Part shown: positions 24,640 through 36,349 of the stretch, piece by piece | Layout of the letters: each line of letters opens with the position of its first letter | How positions within the stretch are numbered: position 1 is the first letter of the stretch | Source: Malacoraja senta | Taxonomy: Eukaryota | Assembly (NCBI GenBank): GCA_038087875.1 | Contig: CM075994.1 | Span: forward strand, 4,528,001-4,592,000 | DNA length: 64,000 nt | Direction of reading: 5' to 3' | The notes under the pieces: generated by a model | The model's input: only the letters and a program-made list of their open reading frames with translations | Databases searched by the model: none | Told to the model about the DNA's origin: nothing | Position numbers and translations under genes: made by a program

Positions 24640-27600
24640 AAAGTCATAGGAATAGGAATAGAATGAGGTCATTCGGCCCATCATATCTACGCCTCAATCA
24701 ATCATGGCTGACGTATCTCTCCCTCCTAACCCCATTCTCCTGCCTTTCCCCATAACCTCTGACACCTGTACTAATCAAGAATCTATCCATCTTTGCCTTA
24801 AAAACTATCCATTGACTTCTGTGGTAAAGAATTCCACAGATTCACCAGACTCTGACTAAAGAAATTTCTCATCATCTTCTTCCTAGAAGAATGTCCTTTC
24901 ATTCTGAGTCCCACGAGCGGAAACATCCATTAGCAGGTCGTGACCATAATATGATAAGTTTTAATCTGCAATTTGAGAGGGAGAAGGAAAAATCGAAAGT
25001 GTCAGCATTACAGTTGAGCATAGGGGCCTATGGAGGCACGAGGAAGGAGCTGGCCAAAGTTGACTGGTAAGAGACCCTGGCAGGGATGACAGTGAAACAG
25101 CAATGGCAGATATTTCTGGCAACAATACAGAAGGTGCAGGATCAGTTCATTCCAAAGAAGAAGAAAGATTCTAAGGGGAGTAAGAGGCGACCGTAGCTGA
25201 CAAGGGAAGTCCAGGACAGTGTAAAAATAAAAGAGAAGTATAACATAGCAAAGGTGAGCGGGAAGCCAGAGGATTGGGAAACTTTACAGAACAACCAGGC
25301 ATGAGAGGAAAAAACTGAAAAAAGAGGAAGAGAAGGGGGCCCTGGGGGGCATTGCCCCCTGCTAGGGTTCCAAGGGGCAATGCCCCTAGTGGGGGTAAAC
25401 AGGGGCTGTGCTTCCTTTATGCAGAATTTTTTTGATAATTGTTCATTGAAATGACACAATTTTCTTGCCTGTTTATCCTTAATTTATAATGTTTAAAAAA
25501 AAAATTGTACCTTAAAAAACACATTTTACTTGCTTATCACTTCTTAATTTACACAGAATCATACCTTAAAATGACACCAAATCCTTGCTTGTTTACACTT
25601 GTCATATTGAGAATATTTTATATTACACCTACACCTACACCATTTTTAACATGATACCTGTTCCGTGCTTGTTTACTCTGATTAGAGAGAGGCATCCTTT
25701 GCACAGCAAATCTTAGATTTTTTTGATAATTATACCTTGAAATGACATCATTTCCTTACTTGTTTACCCTTAATTTGTACTGTTTTTAAAAAAAATTATA
25801 CCTCACAATAACACATTTTACCTGATTGAATCGGGTAATAAAAAGAACATTGTAGTGTCTATGACATACAGACTCTTGAATGCCTTTGTTTTTCAAATGA
25901 AACAGTTCTTATATTTTAACACTGTAACAAGTCCTATACTAGATGGATGCAATGTATTCCCATTTTCTTCCATGGGAATAGAAACATAGAAAATAGGTGC
26001 AGGAGGAGGCCATTCGGCCCTTTGAGCCAGCACCGCCATTCATTGTGATCATGGCTGATCGTCCCCTATCAATAACCCGTGCCTGCCTTCTCCCCATTGT
26101 TCTGTAGATTCAGGATCGTTACCTGTGGATTGGAGGGTGGCTAATGTTCTCCTACTTGTTAAGAAAGGAGGGAGAGAGAAAACAGGGGATTATAGACCAG
26201 TTAGCCTGACATTGGTGATGAGGAAGATGTTGGAGTCATTTATATAAGATGAAATCTCGGCACATTTGGATAGCAGTAACAGCAGCAGTCCGCATCAGCA
26301 TGGATTTACAAAGGGGAAATCATGCTCGACTAATCTTCTGGAATTTTTTGAGGATGTATCTAGGATAATGGACAAGGGAGAGCCAGTGGATGTAGTGTAC
26401 CTGGACTGTCAGAATGATAAGGTCCCACATAGGAGATTAGTGGGCAAAATTAGAGCAATTAGAGTGGGGTACCGCAATGCTCGGTGCTGGGACCGCAGCT
26501 ATTTACATTATACATTAATGATGTAGATGAAGGGATTAAGAGTAACATTAGCAAATTTGCAGATGACACAAAGCTGGGTGGCAGTGTGAACTGTGAGGAG
26601 GATGCTGGGAGGATGCAGGGTGATTTGGACAGGTTGGGTTAGTGGGCAGATGCAGTTTAATGTGGATAAATGTGAGGTCATCCACTTTGGTGGAAAGAAC
26701 AGGGAGGCAGATTACTACCTGAATGGTGTCAAGTTAGGAAAAGGATGTACAACGGGATCTGGGTGTCCTTGTTCAGCAGTCACTGAAAGTAAGCATGCAG
26801 GTACAACAGGCAGTGAAGAAAGCTAATGGCATGTTGGCCTTCATAACAAGAGGAGTTGAGTATAGGAGCAAAGAGGTCCTTCTACAGTCGTACAGGACAC
26901 TTGTGAGACCACACCAGGGGTATTGTGTGCAGTTTTGGTCTCCAAATTTGAGAAAGGACATTCTTGCTATTGAGGGAGTGTAACGTAGGTTCATGAGGTT
27001 AATTCCCGGGAAGGCGGGACTGTCATATGTTGAAAGAATGGAGCAAGAAAGGCAGGAGAGAGAAAACAGGGAATTATAGACCAGTTAGCCTGACATCGGT
27101 GGTGGGGAAGATGCTGGAGTCAATCAGAAAAGATGAAATAGCGGCACATTTGGATAGCAGTAACAGGATCAGTCTGAGTCAGCATGGATTTACGAAGGGG
27201 AAATCATGCTTGACTAATCTTCTGGAATTTTTTGAGGATGTAACTAGGAAAATGGACAAGGGAAAACCAGTGGATGCAGTGTACCTGGACTTTCAGAAAG
27301 CATTTGATAAGGTCCCACATAGGAGAATAGTGGGCAAAATTAGGGTACATGGTATTGAGGTAGAGTGCTGACATGGATAGAAAATTGGTTGGCAGACAGG
27401 AAACAAAGAGTAGGGATAGGGATTAACGGGTCCCTTTCAGAATGGCAGGCAATGACTAGTGGGATACCGCAAGGCTCAGTGCTGGGACCGCAGCTATTTA
27501 CAACACACCTTAATGATTTAGATGAAGGGATTACAAGTAACATTAGCAAATTTGCAGATGTCACAAAGCTGGGTGGCAGTGTGAACTGTGAGGCGGATGC

Positions 27601-29320
27601 TATGAGAATGCAGGGTGACGTGGACAGGTTGGTGGAGTGGGCAGATACATGGCAGATGAAGTTTAATGTGGATAAATGTGAGGTTATCCACTTTGGTAGC
27701 AGGAAGGAAGATTATTATCTAAAAGGTGTCAAGTTGTGAAAAAGGGAAGTACAATGGGATCTGGGGGTCCTTGTTCATCAGTCAGTGAAAGTAAGCATGC
27801 AGGTACAGCAGGCAGTGAACAAAGCGAATGGCATGTTGGCCTTCATAACAAGAGGAGTTGAGTATAGGAGCATAGAGGTCCTTCTGCAGTTGTTCAGGGC
27901 CCTAGTGAGACCACACCTGGAGCACTGTGTGCAGTTTTGGTCTCCAAATTTGAGGTAGGACATTTTTGCTATTGAGGGAGTGCAGCGTAGGTTCACAAGG
28001 TTAATTCCCGGGATGGCAGGATTGTCATATGCTGAGAGAATGGAGCGGCTGGGCTTGTATACGCTGGAATTTAGATGGATGAGAGGGGATCTTATTGAAA
28101 CATATAAGATTTTTAAGGGTTTGGACACGCTAGAGGCAGGAAACATGTTCCCGATGTTGGGGGAGTCCAGAACCAGGGGCCACAGTTTAAGAATAAGGGG
28201 TAAGCCATTCAGAACAGAGATGAGGAAACACTTTTTCACGCAGAGAGTTGTGAGTCTGTGGAATTCTTTGCCTTAGAGTGCGGTGGAGACCGGTTCTCTG
28301 GATACGTTAAAGAGAGAGCTAGATAGGCCTCTTGAAGATAGTGGAGTCAGGGGATATGGGGAGAAGGCAGGAACGGGGTACTGATTGTGGATGATCAGCC
28401 ATGATCACTTTGAATGGCGGTACTGGCCTTCATTCCTACTACCAAAATGCACGACTCCACACCTTGCTACACTATATTCCATGTGCCACTTCTCTGCCCA
28501 CTCTCCCATCCTGTCCAAGTCCTTCTGCAGGGTTCCTGCTTTCTCTACACTACCTGCCCCTCCACCTATTTTTGTATCATCCGCAAGCTTTGCCACAAAG
28601 CCTTCAATCCCCTCGTCCAAATCTTTAATATACAACGTGAAGAGTAGAGGCCCCAGCACCGACCCTTGTGGAACTCAACTAGTCACTGGTGACTCAACCA
28701 GTAAAACCCTTTATTGCCACTCTTTGCCTTCTGCCATCCAGCCAAATATGCTATCCAAGCCAGTATCTGCCCTTTGATACCGTGGGCTCTCATCTTCCTA
28801 AGCACGCCAACGTGTGGCACCTTATCAAAGTATTTCTGAAAATCGAAGTAAAAAAACATCTACTGTCTCTCCTTTGTCTGTCCTGCTATTTACTTCAAAG
28901 AATTCCAGCAAACTTATTATGAAGCAAGAACTCCCTTTCACAAAGCCATGCTGACTTTGGCTTATTTTATCATGAACTTCGAAGTAAGCCGTAACCTCAT
29001 CCTTTATAATGAACTCAAATCTTACCAACCACTGAAGTCAGACTAACCGGCCTATCGTTCTCACTATTCTGGCTTGCTCCCTTTTTGTGCAGCGGGGTAA
29101 TGTTGGCAATTTTACAATCGGCTGGAACCACTCATGAATAGTGATTCCTGAAATATCACTATCAATGCCTGCACAATCTCTAAAGCCATCACTTTCAGAA
29201 CTCAGTCCATCTGGCCCAGGTGACTTGTCCACCTTCAGCCTGTCAGCTTCCCAAGCACCTTCTCCCTGGTAATAGCCACTCCACTAACTTCTACCTTCTG
29301 GCTTGCATTTCAGGCAAGTT
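24640..29320. mobile_element. Pile of nested CR1 fragments on both strands, plus an AT-rich element, within TRIM-B intron 2
   Basis: RT fragments at 26098-27030 (+), 27045-28425 (+) and 28425-29300 (-). The flanks GGCAGCAGGGAATT (~24626-24639) and TATTG.GG..TGATGG.TTATAA.ATTACCCTCAC (~29325) are contiguous in TRIM-A near 13400. Confidence 0.85.
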
Positions 29321-31066
29321 GCTATATTGTGGGTTGAGGTTTGATGGATTATAAGATTACCCTCACTACATTTCAGAAGCATTTGGACAAACTACTGAAT
29401 TGAAAGCTCTTCAGTCTGAAGAAGGGTCTCGACCCGAATAGTCACCCATTCCGTCTCTCCAGAGATGCTGCCTATCTGAGTTACTCCAGCATTTTGTGTC
29501 TCCCTTTGATTGTGTCTATCTTTAAGTAATACTTAGATGCAAAGATTAATGGTATTTTGGACTGAAGGGAAATTGAAGATTTAATCTACCACTAAGCTCA
29601 TCTACTGGGAAGCTTCACAGAGTCAGAGAACGATGTAAACAGCAACAGGCCCTTTGGCTCGACTCAACCATGTCAAACAAGTTGCCCAACCAAGCTAGTC
29701 CCACTTGCCACATTCTGGCTCATATCCTTCCACGTCTTTCTTATCCACGTATCTACCCAATTCTCTGTAAAATGTTGGAATTGTACCAGCCCCGACCACT
29801 TACTCTGTCAGATCGTTCCATATACACACTACCCACTGACTGAAAAACCCGCTCCTCAGAGCTTGTTATTGTTTCCACTCTCACTTAAAACTGATGCACT
29901 CTCGGTTTAGATTCTCCGACCTTGTGTCAAGTATTGTGGCTAATCATCTTATCTGTGAATCTTATACACATCTATAATGTCACCCTGACAGGCACCCAAG
30001 AAAAAATGTCCCAGTCCGAATAGTCTGTTCCAGGAAAGAGTAGGTTAACCTATGATAAGCGTTTGTCAGCATTGGGCCTGTACTCGCTGGAGTTTAGAAG
30101 AGAGAGGGGGGACCTCATTGAAGAACAGTGGAAGGCTTGGATCGAGTGGATGTGGAGAGGATCTTTCCATTAGTGGGAGAGTTTAGGACTAGAGGTCATA
30201 GACTCAGAATTAAAAGATGTTCTTTTAGGAAGGATATGAGGGGAAATGTTTTTAATCAGAGGATGGTGAAGGCTGTCGAGGCCAAGTTGGTGGATATTTT
30301 TAAGGCAGAGATGGCTGGATTCTTGATTAGTATAGGTGTCAGAGGTTATGGGGAGAAGGCAGGAGAATGGAGTTAGGAGGGAGAGATAGATCAGCCATGA
30401 TTGAATGGTGGAGTATACTTGATGGGCCAAATGGCCTAAATCGAATACTTTCACTTATGACATTTTGACTTTCTGACTGTCCAACTTCACCTGATAACCC
30501 AGCCTTTCAGACCTGATGAATTTGTTGTAAATCCTTTTGCACCCACTCCAAGTGACTAACAAACCCACCCTTCCCTTTGTCTCACCACTCAAAAAACACA
30601 GGAGCAGGTCATCTGGCCCCTCATATCTGCCCTCTTTCACTATGATCATGGCGACTCCACCCCACACCTCTACCTCCTCTTTAACAACCTCAAATTACCA
30701 CTAGCCTCAGTATCCACCTTCTCTGATCTGCCTCCATATGTGAATAGCACCCCCCCCCCTTCATTTCTCCTTCACCACTGCAATCTCGCAGTCCTCTTCA
30801 TCCTCTGCACTCGTCCTCCTCGTCCCCCCTCCCGCGTTCCCTTCCGAGAGTTCACGGAGTTCCCCTATCCATCCAGGATACAAATTCGGGAAAGTTGTCT
30901 ATTGTCCATCTGATGTCGTTGGGTTGAAGCCCCGGGCGAGGTTTCAGTTGTCCGCCCGCCTGTGCCTGAGTCCGAGCGGCTTCTCCCCCGGTCCCGGGGC
31001 CGCGCTGCCCGAGTCTCCCCCACACCGACCCCCGGGGACTCTCTGATTCTCTGCTTCTCCCCCCAG

Positions 31067-31599
31067 TCTCCGTCACCCTGGATGTGGAAACTGCGCATCC
31101 TCTGCTCGAGGTGTCTGAGGATCGGAAGAGGGTGAGACGGACCCGGACCCGGAGGTGTCTCCCTGACACTGGGAAGAGGTTTACAGACTGGGCATGTTTG
31201 CTGGGATCAGAGGGATTCATATCGGGGAGACATTACTGGGAGGTGGAGGTGGCGGGGAGTCAGGGCTGGAGTCTGGGAGTCGCCGCAGAGTCTGTGGAGA
31301 GGAAGAGAAGATGCACTCCGTCCCCAGAGACTGGTATCTGGGGCATCTGGCGAGATGGTGAGCAGTTTGAAGCAGTCACCTCCCCTCCATCCCGTATCCC
31401 CGCCCGGCCCGTCCCCGGGAGGGTGGGAGTTTATCTCTGTTACGAGTCCGGGACAGTTTCATTTTACGATGCGGACACCAAGTCCCATCTCCACACGTTC
31501 AGTGAGAATAAATTCACGGAGAAACTTTATCCTTTCTTCGGACCTTGGGAACAAAACCAGTGGCTGAGAATCTGCTCCAGTTCCGCTCCGGATGTGTAA
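31067..31599 (+). CDS. Terminal PRY-SPRY (B30.2) exon of a TRIM gene, open and intact
   Basis: Acceptor CTTCTCCCCCCAG, phase 1. (V)SVTLDVETAHPLLEVSEDRK...RF...[17 protein letters not shown]...WSLGV...[18 protein letters not shown]...FTEKLYPFF...LRIC...*. Confidence 0.92.
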
Positions 31600-31885
31600 A
31601 AGGGTCGGTGGACAACAGGTCTGCGCGAGTTTGGGGTCGGTGGACAACAGGTCGGCGCTGAACGAACGGCTCCCAATTAATCCCCATATTCCACGTCGTA
31701 AAACCCCAATGAGCGCGGAAATAAAACCAGGGGGAATGTAAATGTTAGGAAGAGTGAAATAAACAGCAACTGAAATCAGAGCTGTCTGTCGATCCGTTCA
31801 TTTTAACGCGTTAACCGCGTCCGTCAACGGAACAGAAATACGTTTGTGAAAATATAAAGATTGAAACAATCTCCCTTCCCGCGGG
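31600..31885 (+). other. TRIM 3' UTR with two AATAAA signals
   Basis: AATAAA at ~31720 and ~31758; block conserved at 1627-2122 and 54572-54703 (-). Confidence 0.7.
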
Positions 31886-32010
31886 TTCAGCAGCAGCCGC
31901 GGGCGGCGGGTCCTGAGCTCCGGGCTCCCCCGGGTCCTAAACACCCCCCCGAGTCACAACGCGGCACAAGCGGAGTTGGTGCGGACTTCAACAGCGGCGT
32001 AAAGGTGAGT
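31879..32010 (+). other. GC-rich putative non-coding first exon with consensus donor AAG|GTGAGT (intron starts 32005)
   Basis: Matches the block just downstream of the promoter-like elements at 22193-22220 and 61345-61401 (-). Confidence 0.45.
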
Positions 32011-32054
32011 TTGGGGGCAGGTGGAGATAGAAGGGCAGAATAACTACTTTTGAA

Positions 32055-33792
32055 TAACAATTGAATAACTACTTTGGTTCTGTCTTCACTAAGGAAGACA
32101 TAAATAATCTGCCGGAAATAGCAGGGGACAGGGGGCAAATGAGATGGAGGAACTGAGTAAAATCCAGGTTAGCCGGGAAGTGGTGTTAGATAAATTGAAT
32201 GGATTAAAGGCCTATAAATCCCCAGGGCCAGATAGGCTGCATCCCGGAGTACTTAAGGAAGTAGCCCCAGAAATAGTGGATGCATTAGTGATAATTTTTC
32301 AAAACTCTTTAAATTCTGGAGTAGTTCCTGAGGATTGGAGGGTAGCTAATGTAACCCCACTTTTTAAAAAGGGAGGGAGAGAGAAAACGGGGAATTACAG
32401 ACCAGTTAGTCTAACATCGGTAGTGGGGAAAATGCTAGAGTCAGTTATTAAAGATGGGATAGCAGCACATTTGGAAAGTGGTGAATTCATTGGACAAAGT
32501 CAGCATGGATTTATGAAAGGTAAATCATGTCTAACGAATCTTATAGAATTTTTCGAGGATGTAACTAGTAGAGTGGATAAGGGAGACCCAGTGAATGTGT
32601 TATATCTGGACTTTCAGAAGGCTTTCGACAAGGTCCCACATAAGAGATTAGTATGCAAACTTAAAGCACACGGTATTGGGGGTTCAGTATTGATGTGGAT
32701 AGAGAACTGGCTGGCAGACAGGAAGCAAAGAGTAGGAGTAAACGGGTCCTTTTCAGAATGGCAGGCAGTGACTAGTGGGGTACCGCAAGGCTCAGTGCTG
32801 GGACACCAGCTATTTACAATATATATTAATGATCTGGATGAGGGAATTGAATGCAACATCTCCAAGTTTGCGGATGACACGAAGCTGGGGGGCAGTGTTA
32901 GCTGTGAGGAGGATGCTAGGAGGCTGCAAGGTGACTTCGATAGGTTGGGTGAGTGGGCAAATGCATGGCAGATGCAGTATAATGTGGATAAATGTGAGGT
33001 TATCCACTTTGGTGGCAAAAACAGGAAAGTAGACTATTATCTGAATGGTGGCCGATTAGGAAAAGGGGAGATGCAACGAGATCTGGGTGTCATGGTACAC
33101 CAGTCATTGAAAGTAGGTATGCAGGTGCAGCAGGCAGTGAAGAAAGCGAATGGTATGTTAGCATTCATAGCAAAAGGATTTGAGTATAAGAGCAGGGAGA
33201 TTCTACTGCAGTTGTACAGGGTCTTGGTGAGACCACACCTGGAGTATTGCATACAGTTTTGGTCTAATCTGAGGAAAGACATTCTTGGGACATAGAGGGA
33301 GTACAGAGAAGGTTCACCAGACTGATTCCTGGGATGGCAGGACTTTCATATGAAGAAAGACTGGATAGACTCGGCTTGTACTCGCTAGAATTTAGAAGAT
33401 TGAGGGGGGATCTTATAGAAACTTACAAGATTCTTAAGGGGTTGGACAGGCTAGATGCAGGAAGATTGTTCCCGATGTTGGGGAAGTCCAGAACAAGGGG
33501 TCACAGTTTAAGGATAAGGGGGAAGTCTTTTAGGACCGAGATGAGAACATATTTTTTTACACCGAGAGTGGTGAATCTGTGGAATTCTCTGCCACAGAAG
33601 GTAGTTGAGGCCAGTTCATTGGCTATATTTAAGAGGGAGTTAGATGTGGCCCTTGTGGCTAAAGGGATCAGGGGGTATGGAGAGAAGGCAGGTACAGGAT
33701 ACTGAGTTGGATGGTCAGCCATGATCATATTGAATGGCGGTGCAGGCTCGAAGGGCCGAAGGGCCTACTCCTGCACCTATTTCCTATGTTTC
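32055..33792 (+). mobile_element. Young 5'-truncated CR1 with a nearly intact RT (383 aa open)
   Basis: ORFs 32144-33295 and 33334-33705 carry the RT motifs and ORF2 C-terminus; TATGTTTC tail. Confidence 0.95.
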
Positions 33793-33992
33793 TAATAACA
33801 TCGTAAATTCCCTTAAGTGAGAGAAGGCAAAGTGAACAATGGAAATGGTACATACAAGAAATCTGTTGAAATAGTTGTTCCTCCGGTACTTTGGTGGGTT
33901 TTTTAAACAACTATTTCAACAGATTTCTTGTATGTACCATTTCCATTGTTCACTTTGCCTTCTCTCACTTAAGGGAATTTACGATGTTATTA
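33793..33992. repeat. Perfect inverted repeat, 87 bp arms with a 26 nt spacer (MITE/foldback-like)
   Basis: 33793-33879 is the exact reverse complement of 33906-33992; the outer ends are TA...TA. Confidence 0.95.
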
Positions 33993-33999
33993 CGAGATG

Positions 34000-34515
34000 T
34001 GCAGTGAAATGAAAAGTGGCAATACTTGCGGATTGTGCAAAAAAACTACTAAACAGAATGGAACAGAATCACATATTCACATATTACATATTTGTGGGAG
34101 GAAAAAAAAGAAAAATACAGCAATTTTAAAAAGACACCACACAATAGTAAATAGGTACAGTAAGTTAGTCCCTGGTGAGATAGGAGTTTACAGTCCTAAT
34201 GGCCTCTGGGAAGAAACTCCTTCTCATTCTTGTCCTGGGCAGAGCAGTTCCCAAACCAAATTGTGATGTTTCCGGACAAGATGCTTTCCAAAGCTGCTGA
34301 GAAGAAGCACTGGAGGATCCTCAGAGACACTCTGAATTTCCTCAATTGTCTGAGGTGGTAAAGGCGCTGCCTTGCCTTACTCACGAGTGCGGCAGCGTGT
34401 GATGTCCGTCAGATCCTCTGAGATGTGGGCTCCCAGGTATTTAAAGCAGCTCACCCTATCCACAGTATCCCCATTTATCTTCAGTGGTGTGTACGTGCTC
34501 GGATGTTGTGCCCTC
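34000..34515 (-). mobile_element. Rex/Babar LINE 3' fragment
   Basis: SKARQRLYHLRQLRKF...ESILSGNITIWFGNCS (post-RT region). Confidence 0.75.
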
Positions 34516-36349
34516 CTACGCATCGGAAACGCGACCCTTCTTTCGTCTGAAGAAGGAATTCCATGGGCTACAGGTTCGCCAAATCAGAGTGAATTAAATG
34601 GTGTTGATGTCGTTCGGAAGAGGGCGGTAAAGGTCTGACTCGGGAGGTGTGAATGGGAAGGAGGAATTAAATCAGAAATTACTTGAAGGGAGAAGAATAA
34701 TAACGCTGAATGTTGGGAGTGGGAGATACAATGGGCCTATCAGTGTTGTTGCTGGCCATGTACAACTAGAACAGGCTCTTCGGCCCACAGAGAGCGTGGG
34801 ACAGCACAATGCCCAGCTAATCTCTGTTTCATCCAGTTTCCTCCCACATCCCAAAGGCGGGCGATTTTGTATGTTTGTCAGTAATCCCTGGTGTGTAGAG
34901 AGTGGAAATGAAAGTGGGATAACTTAGAACTAGTGTGAACGGGTGATCGATGGTCGGCGTGGTTTCAGTCCCTCCCCCACCCTAGTCGTTGTACTAGTTT
35001 CACTGTCGTCCTGGTGAGTTTCATTGCCTGTAACTCGTTTTCGAGCCCACAGCTAAGAATGGCCTGTTTCCTATATCATCGTTACTTGTATGTGTATCTT
35101 TCATTCATTTGTTTTATTTCTCTCTATATCACCGTCCATATATTTTGTTTCCTTTTCCCCTGACTCGCAGTCTGTAGAGGGTCTCCACCCGAAACGCCCC
35201 CTATTCCTTTTCCCTAGAGATGCTGTCTGACCCTCTGAGTTACTCCAGCTATTCGTTTCTATCTTCGGTTGGCCGAATGGCCTGTTTACGTGCTGTATCT
35301 CTACACCAAACCTTGTTCTCCTAATCGGGAGCAGGACTGCATGCACGTCTTGGTTTTCCAACTAGATGGCAGCACGTGGAGGGACCACAGACCAGCTGTA
35401 ACTTTGGGAAATAACTTTGACAATTGCATAAGTAGCGGGAATCTGATTTAATAAGTGACTTTTGTGACCTGTTACCACACCTGCTGCCCAAACCAAATGT
35501 ATGGCTTAAAATGTTGAGGCTTTAAAATGTGGAATCAAAGCATAAATTGTCCCAAATACTCAGCAGGTCAGGCAGCATTTGCAAGGTGAAAAAAACCTTA
35601 CACTTCAGATCTTATACTGATGCCGAATAGTGTGCAACTTGAGTCATTAACTCTGTTTCTCTCTCTACAGTCGCTAACCGACCTGCTGAGCATTTATTGG
35701 ATCTTATGTCTTTATTTCGGATATTCAGCATCTGCGTTTTATTTCCAGTTCAATGGGTGAATGGAATGTGAGTTTGACCATAAACTGCCAAGATATAAAA
35801 CAGAAAACGATGGCGTCATTCAGCAGGTCGATCAGTCTATAGTATCTGGAAAGAGGGTTTAATATTTCTGAGGTACCCGGGAGCAGCGGATAGTAGGAGC
35901 CGCTGCCTCACAGGGCCAGGGACCCGTGTTCGATCCTGTCCTCGAGTTCTGTCCGTTCGAAGTTTCCATGTTCGCCCTGTGACCGCACGGGTTTCCTCCG
36001 TGTGTTCTGGTTTCCTCCCACATCTAAAGGAAATGTAGGTTTGTTGGTTAATTGGCCCTCTGTAAAAGCCCCAAGTGTGTAAGGAGTGGAGGGGGAAATG
36101 GGATAACAGGGAACAAGTATTAATTGATGGTAGACACAAAAAAGCTGCAGGAACGCGGCGTGTCATACAGCATCGCTATAGAAATAGAGTGAATTGGTGA
36201 TCGATGGTCAACGTGGACTCGATGGGTCTGTTTCCATGCTGTATCGAAAATGCAGCATCCTGTTATTGTAATAATGTGTGTGCATGATTAGTGGGGAAAG
36301 AGGTTTTACGAGGATGTTGCCAGGACTCGAGGTTGAGCAGGCTCGGACT

